Assembly: GCA_964187785.1 (NCBI GenBank)
Contig: OZ076409.1
Coordinates: 83,578,001 to 83,642,000 of the forward strand
Direction of reading: 5' to 3'
Length of the DNA stretch: 64,000 nucleotides
Origin: Amphiscolops sp. MND2022
Lineage: Eukaryota
Position 1 is the first letter of the stretch; the number at the start of each line of letters is the position of its first letter. Shown here one piece after another: positions 37,501 to 49,313 of the stretch. The position numbers and the translations under genes were made by a program. The notes beneath the pieces are model-generated. The model ran no database searches. It saw nothing but the letters and a program-made list of their open reading frames with translations, and was not told where the DNA came from.

Positions 37501-40500
37501 AACAGGAGTGTATTGGTATTCCAGATATGATTCTATTATTAATGAAAGTTTAAAGCAGAAATAATAGTGTGCCGGAGGGGCCTTTTTTTAATAGAAAAAA
37601 ATGTTAGAAAAAATAAATGTTCAAAGCCGTAAAGCGTTGAAATTGTCACAAATACATAATGGGGAAGATTGGATTTTAGAAATAACCGAAATAACTGAAC
37701 CCAGTAGAATATAGCAGGGAGGATGAATCGCCTAGCTCCTGAATTCTGAAGCAAGTTGAATAGATAATTCTGTATCTCTAATAATACTGAAAAGGTTTTG
37801 TTCTTTGTTCCTTCAAGTAGTTTTTGTTATACATTTTAATTTACACAGAGGGCAGTCGTGTGATCTAAGAATGGAACCTCTATTTGATATTGTTTGGAAT
37901 ACTATTTTTCTGCTAGTATCATCGAAACTATTGTTTACCAAAAAAGAATGCCTCTAATAAACGCTCTTTGAACTTTCATTTAGTTTATAATTACCCTTAT
38001 TTAAAACTTCATTGACAAATATTCAAAAATTCAAAAACAGTTAAACCTCTGTTATCAGGTGGAGAGTTGGTTTGCTATCTAATTTTCATATTTTGAATAT
38101 TTTTATTGGGTCTCTATTATTAATGGGTCTACGCCATATCAGGGTCCTATGTGTGCAATGACATGAAAATCGTATGACTGGGATCTGAGAAACACAGCCA
38201 AAATTAGTCCAAAAATGACCAAATGACAATGAAGTACGTAATTTGTTTTTCAATATTTTAATCAGTTTCCGACTCCTTTACCGCACATGCGTCTCTGGTT
38301 TTTCTCTAGTATGTATATTATACAGAGTAATGTATTCAGAACAGTTGCGTGGAAGCATTTCTTAAATCAACAATAGTTGAGCCTACCAATGATTTTAACA
38401 ATCCCTAAATCTATGTAAATTTTATCATGCATGCTACAACGGGGCCGTATGTACAAATGATCTTTTTTCTTGGTTTTCAGACCTACTTCGCGACCTTGAT
38501 CGACGCGTCAAAGTTTTGTGGCGTGCATAAGAGGACGGACCTGAGGTATGTCAGCTGGGACAGAAAGAAAGGCGGATGTTTCTGCAAAGAGAAGAGCACC
38601 GTCGACTGGTGTGGCTGCTCGCCCTTGGTCATCCGCAACGTAACCTCCAAGTGGTTTTACCACGACAATGTCCTCAACAACACCGTTGGTGATCTTTCTT
38701 TTTGGCCCATGTTCTTTTTTAATCGCCAGAAAAGGGCAAATTCTTAGGCCTAAAAAAGGGTGATTTAATGAACGTAACAAAATGGCCGATTTTTGAAGCG
38801 TAACAAAACTGATCAGCTACGGAGACCCATCTGTAGTGCCCTACGTGCAGAAGCCAAGCTGATGTACGTGCCATTAGTTGACCAGCAGCTGGTTTTGGCG
38901 AAAGCCAACCTAGTCTGCTCTCAAAGTACTCCAGAAAACCGGGTACAGCCAATTGTTTTTCCCGTTTAAGAATGCAATAAGAAGAATTGGGATGAATAAC
39001 TCGATAAAACATGTTTTTTAAATTGGCCATTTTCTTAACAAGCTGAGAACGGCGGCCTAAATCGGCGCACACTTCAAGGCTCAACAAGCCGGGAACGGCC
39101 AAAGTCGGCGCTATATCTAAGGCTCAAAATTGTAAAAGGGGGACCCTTTGGGCTTTGTGAAACTCCAGTTGGTTGCAAAATTTCAAAAAAGGGGGACCCT
39201 TTGGAAACATTTAAAAAAATCGAAAAATTTTAAAATTGAGATTTTTGAACAGTGTCACAGCGCCGAAAATTGTAAAAGGGGGGACCCTTTGGGATTTTTT
39301 GACATCCATTGTGTTGCAAAATATTTAAAAAATTGAAGGGGAGACCCTTTGGTGGAATCCAAAAAGCTTCAAAAAAAGTCGCATAGTGCCGAAAAAAAAT
39401 CCGAGTGAAAAACACCAAAGTGGGGGGATCCTATGTTATCGAGGTTCTGGACGTTGATGTTTTTGTTTTGGACGAGGTTCTGGCGTTTCGAGTATGTTTT
39501 GGAGGTCCGTAGTTAAAGTTGATGATGTTGAACAAAAAAGTGGACCGATCGCGTTGAACTGACGAAAAAGAAACTAGCCACTTTAAGAGTCCGGAGTTTC
39601 TTCGAAAACGCCGACTAAAAAGAGCGAAGTTTTTCAAATATACTCACGGTCAATTATTGAGAAGAACGCTTTATATAATATTTCTGTGATTTTTTCAAGA
39701 CGTATTTATCGACCCACTCTACTAGCTACTTTTGATTGGCTACTCCAAGTTTTCGGCTAGTTTATGTATTTCTCGTAGCAATGAGGCAGTCCTTTTATTG
39801 AGATGAAGCGAACGAGTGTTATTCATTCGTACGACTAGAGCTTCGCCTGCATTCAAATACGAATGCGAAACGTCATACAAATGCGAACACGGTAGTTATT
39901 TTCTTCAGTCCGAGAAGAATCAAAGTTGTTGTAAACTCGTACAGTGATAACATGTGCGCTATATAATGAAATAACAGGAGTGTTATAGTTATTTTTCTAT
40001 GCTTCTATTATTGAATCAATGATTATTGTACCCTAAAGCAGAAATATTACTATGCCCCGCAGTGGCCTATTTTCCTTAAACGAAAAACCCAAATTTTTGT
40101 GTTTTCAAATTTTTGCTGAAAAGTCGCACAGTGCCGAAAAAATTTTCAACAGGGTTACTCTTTGATCTTATCTATCTTTGAGAACCTGAAAAATATGTAG
40201 ACCAGGGCAGGAGTCGAACCCACAAAATCCTGCTCCCCAGCGTCCCACGCTAAATAGAAGTGGACGTTTCGACGTGAGCGTTAGAAAAAACTGCAAAATT
40301 GCGTTAGATGATTGCAAAATTATTGTCTTCATAAAAAGCGCCTACCAGAATCTTCCATTCTGTTGAGTTTTCAAAATCGGCCATTTTGTGGTTCATCCCA
40401 CCTGGCTATGTAACAAACACAATTCCTTGAAATTACCATTGCTACGTAGTGAAAAAGCTCCCGCCGTTTTTTTATCAAAATTTTTGCGTGACCTGAAATT

Positions 40501-43500
40501 ATATTTTAACGTCGCCAAGGACATTTTAACTTGTGTTAAATGATCCTATTCGCCGAAAAGGGTTCTCGTTTTTGTTTTTTGATGTTTCTGGTAATAAACA
40601 GGAGAAAAACACTTTGATATTTTGTTTTTCTGGTAATAACTTTTAAGCCATTTTCTCGAAAAAGATTGCTCGACGCCCTTGACTATTTTTGCTCTTGTGT
40701 TAAATGATCCTATTCGCCGAAAAGGGTTCTCGTTTTTGTTTTTTGATGTTTCTGGTAATAAACAGGAAAAAAACACTTTGATATTTTGTTTTTCTGGTAA
40801 TAACTTTTAAAGCCATTTTTCTCGAAAAAGATTGCTCGACGCCCTTGACTATTTTTGCTCTTGTGTTAAATGATCCTATTCGCCGAAAAGGGTTCTCGTT
40901 TTTGTTTTTTGATGTTTCTGGTAATAAACAGGAACAAGACGGGAACGTCTAAAGTCGGTGCTATATCTAAGGCTCAAGAAGCGCAAAGTTTTCTAAATAT
41001 GCTCAGGACGTATTCATGAAAAGCTTTGAAAACACTTTGGAGACACCCAAAGTGTGCCTTTCATGCTCTATATGACTGGAAAATCACTGTTTCCCGACTG
41101 GGAACAAAATAAAATTTGAAATTTTTTTTGAAATTTTTTTTTTGAAAAAATTTCGAAAATGTCGCATAGTGCCGAAAAATGAAAAGGGGGGGACCCTTTG
41201 GGATTTATTAACATACATTTTGTTGCAAAATATCAAAAAACTCGAAGGGGGGACTCTTTTGAGACCTTAAAAAATTTTCGAAAAAAATTTCGCACAGTGC
41301 CGAAAAAAATTGAAAGGGGGGACCCTTTGGTCTCTTCCAGTTTTGTAGGTTACGTAAAAAAGTTAAAAAATGAAAGGGGGACCCTTTTGCACTAATTTCC
41401 GCTGACCGGACTTGGCCTGTTATGCTAGTAGTTTTAGTAGTTTCGATTGTAAGAAAAGTGGCCCAATCAGAGTGAGATTGTAGTCTGACGAAAAAAAAAA
41501 GAAAAAAAACTAGCCACTGTAAGAGTCGGGCACTTTTCCCTAGAAAAGCGCCGACTAAAAAACACTTTGATATTTTGTTTTTCTGGTAATAACTTTTAAA
41601 GCCATTTTTCTCGAAAAAGATTGCTCGACGCCCTTGACTATTTTTGCTCTTGTGTTAAATTTTTCCCCAAAGGGTCCCCCTGCAATTTTTTGATGTTTTG
41701 CGACAGAATGGATGTTGAAAAATCCCAAAGGGTCCCCCCCATTTCAGTTTTTTTCGGCATTGTGAGATTTTTTCCCGAAAATGAAAATTTTTGTTTTCTT
41801 CAATTTTTTCATGTTTTACAACAGATTGGGTGTTTAAAAATCCCAAAGGGCCCCCCTTTCAGTTTTTCGGCATTGTGAGACTTTTTTCGAAAATTTGTTT
41901 TTTCTCCAAAGTGTCCCCCCTTCAACTGCGACAAAAATGTTGACAATTTCGGAAGTGTCCCCCTTTTAGCGCGCCAGGGGCTCGCGCTGGCGGGCCTCGG
42001 CGTGCCAGTCGGTCCGATTTTTTGCCTTTTCGAGTACTGTAAATTGACTCTTGGAAGTCCTTTTGCTATTTTTGAGCCTTGGATATGGCGCCGACTTGGG
42101 CCGGTCCCGGCTTGTTAATAGTTTTTCGGAGTTCAAATGAGGGAAATGAGTGAAAACTTTTGTGGCTTCCCGGTTTGGAACGTGAATTTTGTGTTATGTT
42201 AACATAGTATAAGGAGTACAATGCCATACAAGACATACATTATGCCCGCACCCCATGATTAACATTACTTTTCCCATTGCTCTTTGCTCATTTCTATTTT
42301 GATTTTAAGGTTGACGAAAACTCCCGTTTCTTCGCCCGGAAGTTCGACCCTGTGGTATCTCTGTCAGCAATAAACCACCTAGCTGAAAAGTTACCTCAAT
42401 CGTTTGGAAACTCGAGCGCCAGTGATGCTTCATGGAGTTCATTTTGGCTCAATTTCTTCCATGCAGACTTTGACAATACCAAGTCGCCTCTTCTGTTGGC
42501 TGCGAATTGGCTCGGAAACATATCAATGTCGAAGCTTCAATTGAAATTTCCTCAAGGTTGCAAAATGTCCTAACTTATTCCGAGTTTCAGCTTTCCAAAA
42601 CAGAATATATGTACTTTGAAATCCATCTTAAAGTTGACTTCTCTGACTTCACATATCTATCAAAGTACAAAAATACAGTGCGATGCGATTGATTCTATTT
42701 TGAATCTCCGGATAACTGGAAACGCAGCAAGCCTTTCTAACGTTTGGCATATAGCAAGTATGTAGTACCTTTTAATTTTCAAAAAAATTCTCTGAGAAAA
42801 ATAGAATCCTGATTCTGCTAAGAGCAAGTTTGAAATTTATGCAAAAGTTGATTCGTGAAGATCCCGTAAAAGAGGTAAACTTCAGTGGTTCTTTTTCCTG
42901 ATTTACCAGCAGCAGGTACACAACAGTCCCTTTGGAAACTCTAAAATAAAGCAGATTCGTTCAACCATTATTAGAAGTCGTTTTTAGATATGATTCAGTA
43001 GGTAAAATTTCATTCTGAAAACTTGTGGGTATGTTAGGAATTATAAGGTTAAGCAAAGTGTTGTGCAGAGCCTGGACCAGTTGAAAATTTTTTTGCTTAT
43101 TCGATTAATCGTTTAAAATAAACGGATAACCAGCATCACATTCCTTCACCAAATAAAAGTGATTGTTGAGCAAAAAATTCCGATGAGTTCATAAATTGCA
43201 ATTCAATTGAACTTTCATTACAAAAAGTAGTGTCCATGAATTTTTAACTTGACTAAAAATATGACCGAAAATACCCAAATTCTGTCTGAATCAGCAGTGG
43301 TATCCTTTTTTGCACTTGAATTTGTTTTTAGACCATCGTCAAGAATATTCGTTCATCAATTGGACTCGGGCATAACTGTCAGGTTCTTTTTGCTTCAACC
43401 GGTTAAAAATTTTAGTCGATTAAGAATTATCTTATAGATCAACTAGTCCAGGTTCTAGTTTGGGTTATAACAATTTTGAGTTATAACAATTTTGAGCGTC

Positions 43501-46500
43501 CAATAAGGAACACTGCTTTTTCATCTACATTGTTTCCAGACTTCAGTCAGCTCACGCATGCAGCTTCTAGAGGTGACCACTATTTCATTAATGATTCATA
43601 CTCTGGGGATGTCTGGACTTTTCGTGACACCGGCAGTGATCGCTTGTTGCAGACTCCGTATCTACAACTCTACATGCTTCCTCGGGGCAAACTTGATTAC
43701 TTCGATGATCGCTATTTCCACAGTTCACTGCAGGTTAACAACGTTTTAGAATGATCAAATACTCGAGCACGAAAGCAAAATGATATTTTCTTAATTGGAA
43801 AAGAGGTTTTTTGGGTATTGTTGCTCAAGAAGAATCCTTAATAAAGAAATTGGATAGAAAATAGATAATGGTAGATGGATAGGTAGAAAATATAGATATA
43901 TAGATAGATAGAAAATAAATAGCAGAAAAACAGAAATATGTACGTCAAAAATAGTTTCTTTTTGGTGGTGCTCGAGATATTTTGGCATATTTCCCAATTC
44001 TTTGGAATGTTTGTCTTGCGTTTTTTTTGGATTCCTGAAAAAACTCGAAAATCATTTCATTTTCCAATTTTTCCGGCTTAACCCTAAATGGACCAGGACA
44101 TTTCCGGATCCATCCAAAAATCTGGTGTTTAAACTTTAAACCGCAATATCTCATAAACTATTCAAATCCGACAAACGATTTATAGCGCGTTCGAAATCAG
44201 AGCCTTCAAACTGATTTTTGAACTACTACGCCGCACTGGCTCCGGAATTTGCGCCAAAACTTTGCACGCCTCATGTCTCTGATTGCATTTCAGCATGTTC
44301 CAACACATGCTAGGTTCACTTTGACCCAATCTTGATACCAGTGGGATAAAAGGGCCAGAAGCGAAATCTGGACAAATGGAAAATCTGCGCTCAATTTTTT
44401 TCTGATTTTTGGTCCCATTTTCATGATTTCGGAGACATCAAGTCAATATTCCGTGAAATGGCCTGCAATGCTATGTAAAATCGTCTGAAAATCTCATTCA
44501 ACAGTTTTCCTCACCTGGTCAGCTGGTGCGTTTAGAAGTTTGCAAAATTTAACTGGTACGAAATCGTACCATGGGCCATTCATGGTTATGAGCTTCAAAC
44601 TGAAGACAGTTGAAGCAACCATATACATACAATCAAAACACAAGAGTAATTGGCTACATTTGGCTATTCAAAAAATTAACGGCTTCATTTTTGACGGGGA
44701 AATTCTTTTTACGATTTTTGCACCGCTGCTTATGTGAATATTTCTGAAAGACTTCCAGATGATGCTCCGTCACGTAACCCGCTTCAGGAAAAATTCTTTC
44801 TATATTGGGCGAATTTTCGCGATCCTTATGCTACTGAATATCGAACACACACTGGATACCTGGCATAGTTTGTGTCTAGGAATCAGGAGTTCGCATCCCG
44901 CACTGATTCAATTTTTTGCGAAGTAGATATGACCAAAAAGTCAATCTGGGGTTTTTCGACACTCTTCGGTGTCTTTTTTGTCAATTTTTTGATGTCACCA
45001 AAGGGTCACTCATTTGGCTGTATGATGTTTTCAGAAAGGAAAAGGCGTTTTCCGAGCCTAAAGCACCCCTGTGGGTTTTCTGCACTGTGAGGCTTTTCTT
45101 TGAAAAAATTTTGTTTTCACTTTTGAATTTTTAGTCGGCGCTTTTCGTGGAAAACGCAGACTGAAGCAGTGACTTTTCTTTTTTTAAGACCAACGAACTG
45201 ACAAATTTTATAAGCTTTATAAGCTGGCTTGCACTAACGCTAACTGGCATACTACTTCTACTGGCACTTGGCATAGAGGTTAATTAGAATTTATGAGGTC
45301 TGCCAAGCAGAAGGACATGGGTTCGAGTCTCACACTTGGCCAATTTTTTTTGTGCATGTCATTTCGGCTTTGTGAGGCTTTTTTCGCGAATTTCTTTAAT
45401 GCTCCAAAAGGTCCCTCCTTCATTTTTTTCTATTTTGCAACAGACCGGAGACTTCAAAAAAATTTCGAAAAAAATTGGGAATTTTTTTCCTCAATCGGGT
45501 ACTGTAGAAAAAAGTACTTGACACTTTGAAGTCCTTTTTCTTACAATCTTTGTTCATTTGTTCACATCTGTTCAACTAATTTTCTGAGAAGCAGGAGATC
45601 GTGGGTTCGATTCTCGCACTAAACCACAAACTTTTTTATGCTTCCAAAAGTAGATGCGAGACCAAAGGTTTTTTTCGTTTCGTTTTTTTTCGGCACTAGG
45701 CGACTTTTTTTCGAAAATTTTCGGATTCTATCAAAGGGTACCCCCTTGCATTTTTTTGAAGTTTTCGGTTTGTAAAAAAGTTTAATGAGCCTGAATGGCC
45801 TCTTTTTGAGTTTCCGGCATTGTGCGACTTAAAAAATACTTTTTTTCGAGAAAAAAAATTTCAAAAATAATTTTTTTTAAAAAAAGTTTTTTTGCAAATG
45901 TTTCCAATAGTTGTTCCTTGAATATTTTTAAGCCTTAGATATGGCGCCGACTTGAGACGATCCCGTCTTGTTGAGCCTTAGATATGGCACCGACTTGGGC
46001 CGTTACCGGCTTGTTTGTTGTTTCACGGTTGGGAAAAGCATTTTTCATGCCCGAAGGGCTCTTTTCGGATAAACTTCGCACAGAGATGTTCTAGAATGCC
46101 ACTCTTGGGGATTTTTTGAAAACCTTGGCGCTTTTTGAACCTTAAGCAGATTGCTTCTGTCTTGTTCTATCGAATTAGGGGAGACATTACATGAAGCGAA
46201 CGAGCTTTTAATTTATCGTTCGCTGAGAGCTTAGCCTACAATGTACCAGTAAAATAATCTCATACTCAAGAAACAAGGCTCATTGTCAACCATTCGGATG
46301 CTTTGTCAAAATTAAGTTTAAACATTTGTTATGTTCAATTTTTTCGAAAAAATCTGTTTGCAATTAAAAAAAATTTCTTTAAATTAATTTTATCCTGAAA
46401 ACTTTGAAATTGATAGAGGTTTTAGAATTTTATTTGAAATTTTTTGCAGCTACAGAATTTTCAATGGTAAAGAATACAAAAGGTTATAGCAGCTGTTGTT

Positions 46501-47778
46501 ATATGATGATCGCTTCTATGCCAGTGTTTGTAAATTCTCGGGTCTGTGAACCACTCAACTTGATAGATTTAATAAATTTATAAGGAACGAAACAATTTTT
46601 AGATTAGTGCCAACTTCGATGCTAAAGAAAACATCTCGAGGAGTTTCAACAATCGACTCACCACTCTAGACACAGTGTGGACCATTTTCGCCAAGTTTTC
46701 GGATGCGAATGTGAGGCAGCGTCTTAATCAGACTTTTCACGTGAGGCTAAAGCGTGGAGTTGACACCCATGTGTCTAAAATTGTTCATCCTCGTGTTGGT
46801 GACACCTATTTTGTCGCTGATTTCTATCTTCACCCAGAGAAAATTAAGCCTGGAGTTTGGAAGGCTCAAGTAAGTTTTGCGTTCTTTTTGCAAACTGCTG
46901 CGATCAACCTGCAAATTTTGTGAATTTTTTTCAAAGGATTATCTATGGATGTTTCTCAGCATGTTTTTGTACTAATTATCTTTAATTGCCCGATGAATAA
47001 TTTTCTGTTCGATCTTATACTAGTCATGGGATGTTGATGAAAGTTTTTGAATTAAGCCAGGAAACTTTGAGGGAGAAATCACTGTCGTTCATGATTTTTT
47101 TTTCATTCAATTTCAGTATGTATCATGTTTCTCATAGTTCAGCTTTTTGGGAACGGTAAACAACGTCAAAAGAAATAACGTCCAAAGGTTTTGTTGGTAA
47201 ATAACGCCCAAAGAAGGCATGAGTGCCCTAATAGCATGAGCGAAGCGGAGTGACGTGCCACCTGTCTAGTGGCTGGTTTTGACGAAGGACTTAAAGTCCT
47301 CCGGAAGGAGGCCGAGTTATATAACAAATTTTTCAATCAGTATTTACTTTTCTTTCATTAATTCTTCTTGGACCTTAATTCCAATGAATAGTCTTATTTA
47401 CGTTGATGTTTTTCCCAACTTGCTTTGAACGTTATTTCCTCCAACTCAGCTGTTTAAGCTTTCTCTTGGGGAAGCCTTTAGGGAGACTTGTGTTTATCTG
47501 AATGGCTGCGATTATTTTGTTCGATTTATGTATTTCAGGTGAAAAATTCCGCCGAATCAATAATAGCAACTCGAGAGTTCGTAGTTATGGGTAGCCGAAT
47601 TGACAGTGCGTCTTTGAAAGAAGCCTCAAATTTTTGGCTTCTCAGTGGCTACTGCGTTGGTGGTGATTGGAACCAGGAATCAGTGCTCCCTAGTTTTTCT
47701 TCTTGCGAATCCCAACCATGGAGTCTTTATTATCCTGATAGAAAGTCACTTTCCACTCAGAATCGACTCGTAATTTGA
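25521..47778 (+). CDS. XYLT: Protein xylosyltransferase (GT14, XYLT1/2/oxt/sqv-6 family), 775 aa; exons 25521-25655, 25977-26148, 26886-27095, 27811-27968, 28243-28442, 35998-36150, 36365-36512, 38481-38684, 42310-42556, 43540-43733, 46603-46869, 47539-47778
   Basis: Type II TM anchor; KIVFLLQLSGRSDRQFERLLKSIY...HID; TLWGS; INLSESDLPIR; KQGL...QCDGHLFRL; GGSDWF; LPAETYF; WDRKKG.C.C..VDWCGCSP; FFARKFD; FDAKE; PGVW. All GT-AG phases sum to 2328 nt. Exons 4 and 5 could instead come from the second duplicate copy. Confidence 0.9.
26440..26665 (-). repeat. Tandem array (~45-bp period, ~4-5 copies) of HINE family 1 5' termini
   Basis: aaaactagccactgtaatagtcgggctcttttcactagaaaagcgccgact repeated with small changes. 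Confidence 0.85.
29618..29962 (+). mobile_element. Penelope-like element 3' fragment (GIY-YIG endonuclease C-terminus plus pLTR); second copy 33359-33703
   Basis: Frame ending 29753: DINIIDRTNSNTKLLTLEALHMFRRAPSINQKEEYRTRELTLRV* (LEALHI...P.LN pattern); flanked by direct repeat aaataaagattat (29605-29617, 29963-29975); hammerhead motif in the 3' part. Confidence 0.75.
29895..29935 (+). ncRNA. Minimal type I hammerhead ribozyme (Penelope-type)
   Basis: gatt-CTGATGA-t-GGTCT-aca-AGACC-GAAA-acgt-tTA-agtc: both core boxes, 5-bp stem II, palindromic short stem III, 4-bp stem I (GAUU/AGUC). Confidence 0.7.
30630..32185 (+). pseudogene. Duplicated XYLT exons 3' (30630-30838, 1-bp deletion creating TAG), 4' (31554-31711) and 5' (31986-32185)
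   Basis: Copy 1 gtcagctcag|gtagt versus copy 2 gtcagctag|gtagt; exons 4' and 5' look intact. Confidence 0.85.
33636..33676 (+). ncRNA. Second copy of the hammerhead ribozyme
   Basis: Identical motif within the duplicated Penelope fragment (CTGATGA at 33640). Confidence 0.7.
33798..34387. mobile_element. 590-bp piggyBac-like non-autonomous element; truncated copy at 30057-30416
   Basis: TTAA at 33794-33797 and 34388-34391; TIRs ccttaacttggcca / tggccaacttaagg (one mismatch). Confidence 0.88.
34686..35288 (-). mobile_element. HINE family 1, complete copy
   Basis: aacaagccgggaccggcccaacttggagtcggcgcc ... atagtcgcgtttcacttcatgaagcgccgactaaaaaa. Confidence 0.8.
37155..37585 (+). mobile_element. 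HINE-like family 3 copy
   Basis: ttattatttctgc-gata-gcgggaataa ... gcagaaataatagtgtgccggaggggcctttt; aligns by eye with 18043-18508. Confidence 0.65.
39037..39621 (-). mobile_element. HINE family 1 complete copy (39083-39621) stacked on an older 3' end (39037-39082)
   Basis: Two successive aacaagc...tcggcgc...aaggctc ends; far end gaaaacgccgactaaaaa. Confidence 0.8.
40530..41660. repeat. ~165-bp tandem repeat (3+ units); third unit interrupted by a HINE
   Basis: cttgtgttaaatgatcctattcgccgaaaagggttctcg at ~40530, ~40695, ~40860; the unit resumes at 41561 (aacactttgatattttg). Confidence 0.9.
40933..41560 (-). mobile_element. HINE family 1 complete copy inserted in an A/T run with no TSD
   Basis: aacaagacgggaacgtctaaagtcggtgc ... 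agtcgggcacttttccctagaaaagcgccgactaaaa; the empty site is visible in neighbouring repeat units. Confidence 0.85.
41660..42116 (+). mobile_element. HINE family 1 copy, 5'-truncated
   Basis: Ends ggcgccgacttgggccggtcccggcttgtt; related to 34686-35288. Confidence 0.75.
44082..44585 (-). mobile_element. Diverged piggyBac-like MITE, inverted relative of 33798-34387
   Basis: ttaa-ccctaaatggacca start; body is a reverse-complement match (ccgcaatatctc, ccgacaaacgatttata, gcactggctccg, ccagtgggataaaaggg); degenerate far end. Confidence 0.7.
45128..46015 (+). mobile_element. Composite HINE family 1 element with tRNA-like A/B boxes and two stacked 3' ends (45972, 46015)
   Basis: tttttagtcggcgc 5' end; tggcatagagg...gggttcgagtctc at ~45269-45332; gcgccgacttgagacgatcccgtcttgtt then gcaccgacttgggccgttaccggcttgtt. 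Confidence 0.78.
47149..47445. mobile_element. Probable MULE-like MITE in the last XYLT intron
   Basis: Near-TSD tcagcttttt / tcagctgttt; inverted ataacgt / acgttat subrepeats; central gagcgaagcggag; partial relative at ~52790-52990. Confidence 0.5.
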
Positions 47779-47790
47779 AATGTTTCTGTA

Positions 47791-47796
47791 AATAAA
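47791..47796 (+). promoter_or_regulatory. Candidate polyadenylation signal of XYLT
   Basis: AATAAA 13 nt after the stop codon. Confidence 0.5.
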
Positions 47797-49313
47797 TTTC
47801 ATCATCATTCTATTTTGTACAATCAACGCTTGATTGATGTAAAAATGTACACTTTTCCCAAATACTTTTATACATTTTACATAATTTTTCGCTGTTTTGT
47901 TGATGTTTTCCCAAATTGATTTTTTCTTACCGGCATTTTCCCCTTACCTACCAGGAAAATGTCAGGCATCATTCTATTGCAGTTTAACGTTGAAACAAAT
48001 ATTGTTAGGTATTTTGAGAAACGTATATGGAATTCAACAAAAAACGACTTTATGGAAAAAAACGAATTGTGTACTTTTCACGAAAACATGATAGGTTTTG
48101 TAGTTTCAGTTTCGAAAATTTTGGAATTCTTATTAACTCGATTGATATCCTTCAAAGTTCCACCAGAGAGCCTTATGAACAATAAAACAGAAACTTATTG
48201 AAAAATTTGAGTTGAACAAGCAGAGAACGGCATTAGGTCGGCACTCCACTTAAGGCTCAAAATGCTGGAAGTACTGAGAGTACTTTAAAGCTTTCTGGAT
48301 ATTTCTCAGTCTCACAGTAGCAAAAAGTACTTCAGTGATGCGTCAACGAATGTTTTTTAAAAAAAATTCTCAATCTCTCAGCGCGGAGGTTTTTGGGCTT
48401 GAAAGAGTTTTTCACACTGAAAACACCAGAAACCACAGGGAACACAATTTTTGGAGAGCAAATTATACCAAACTATATGCCTATATAATTATACCAAATT
48501 ATGCCAAAAACTCGGAGGTGCACCCTTTAAGCTCAAAGAATTTCAAAACAAAGCATTAGAAAACATGTTGGTAATTTCTTCCAAAAAAGTCTCTAGTGAC
48601 GGAAAATCTTTCTCACCCTAAAATCTTTGTTTCTGATAAAATTTTGTTTTATCTTTTCATTTCTCTTGAAATTTGGAAGTGAAAACCATTTGCCTTCCGG
48701 CCTATTTGTCAATTTGTAGAATTTTGGCAAATAACATGAAATGATTACTTCCACCGAATTGACAAAAACACGACAAAACCATCGTCTCAAGCGTACTGCA
48801 TCAGCGTACTCGTGTCTATCAAAGAGCTCGTTCGCGGGCGATGAAAAGTTGTAAAATATTCCGAGAAAAGAAATTCTTCGACCAAATTTTGTATCAGTGT
48901 CCGAAAATGTGGACTGTGGACAGTTTTTGTTGGCATGTTTCGTGATCAACTAGTACCAGCGGTCCTGGTTAAATCTGGAAAGTTCATATACACGGACTGG
49001 CTATCAGCAGTTGCCGTGGACGGACAGTTGTCGAATAAATTCAGCATGACTGCTGATGTTCGATTTCTCAGTTCGCTCCTATCCATAACGGTTATGCAAT
49101 AAACAACTAAGTCAATGGCTATAAGAAAATTTTAAAGCTGCTCTATGTTGACAATATTGCACTTGGACGAGGCACTGTCGAAGAGGTATTGAACAAGTAT
49201 ATCGCCTGGAAGGAAAGCATGAGCCGTAAAGGTTCGTAAAAGCGAGTAAAACGAAAGTCTTTGCCTTTCGAAGAGCTGTGAAACCTTTCTGGTTGAGGCA
49301 GAGAGGAGATATA

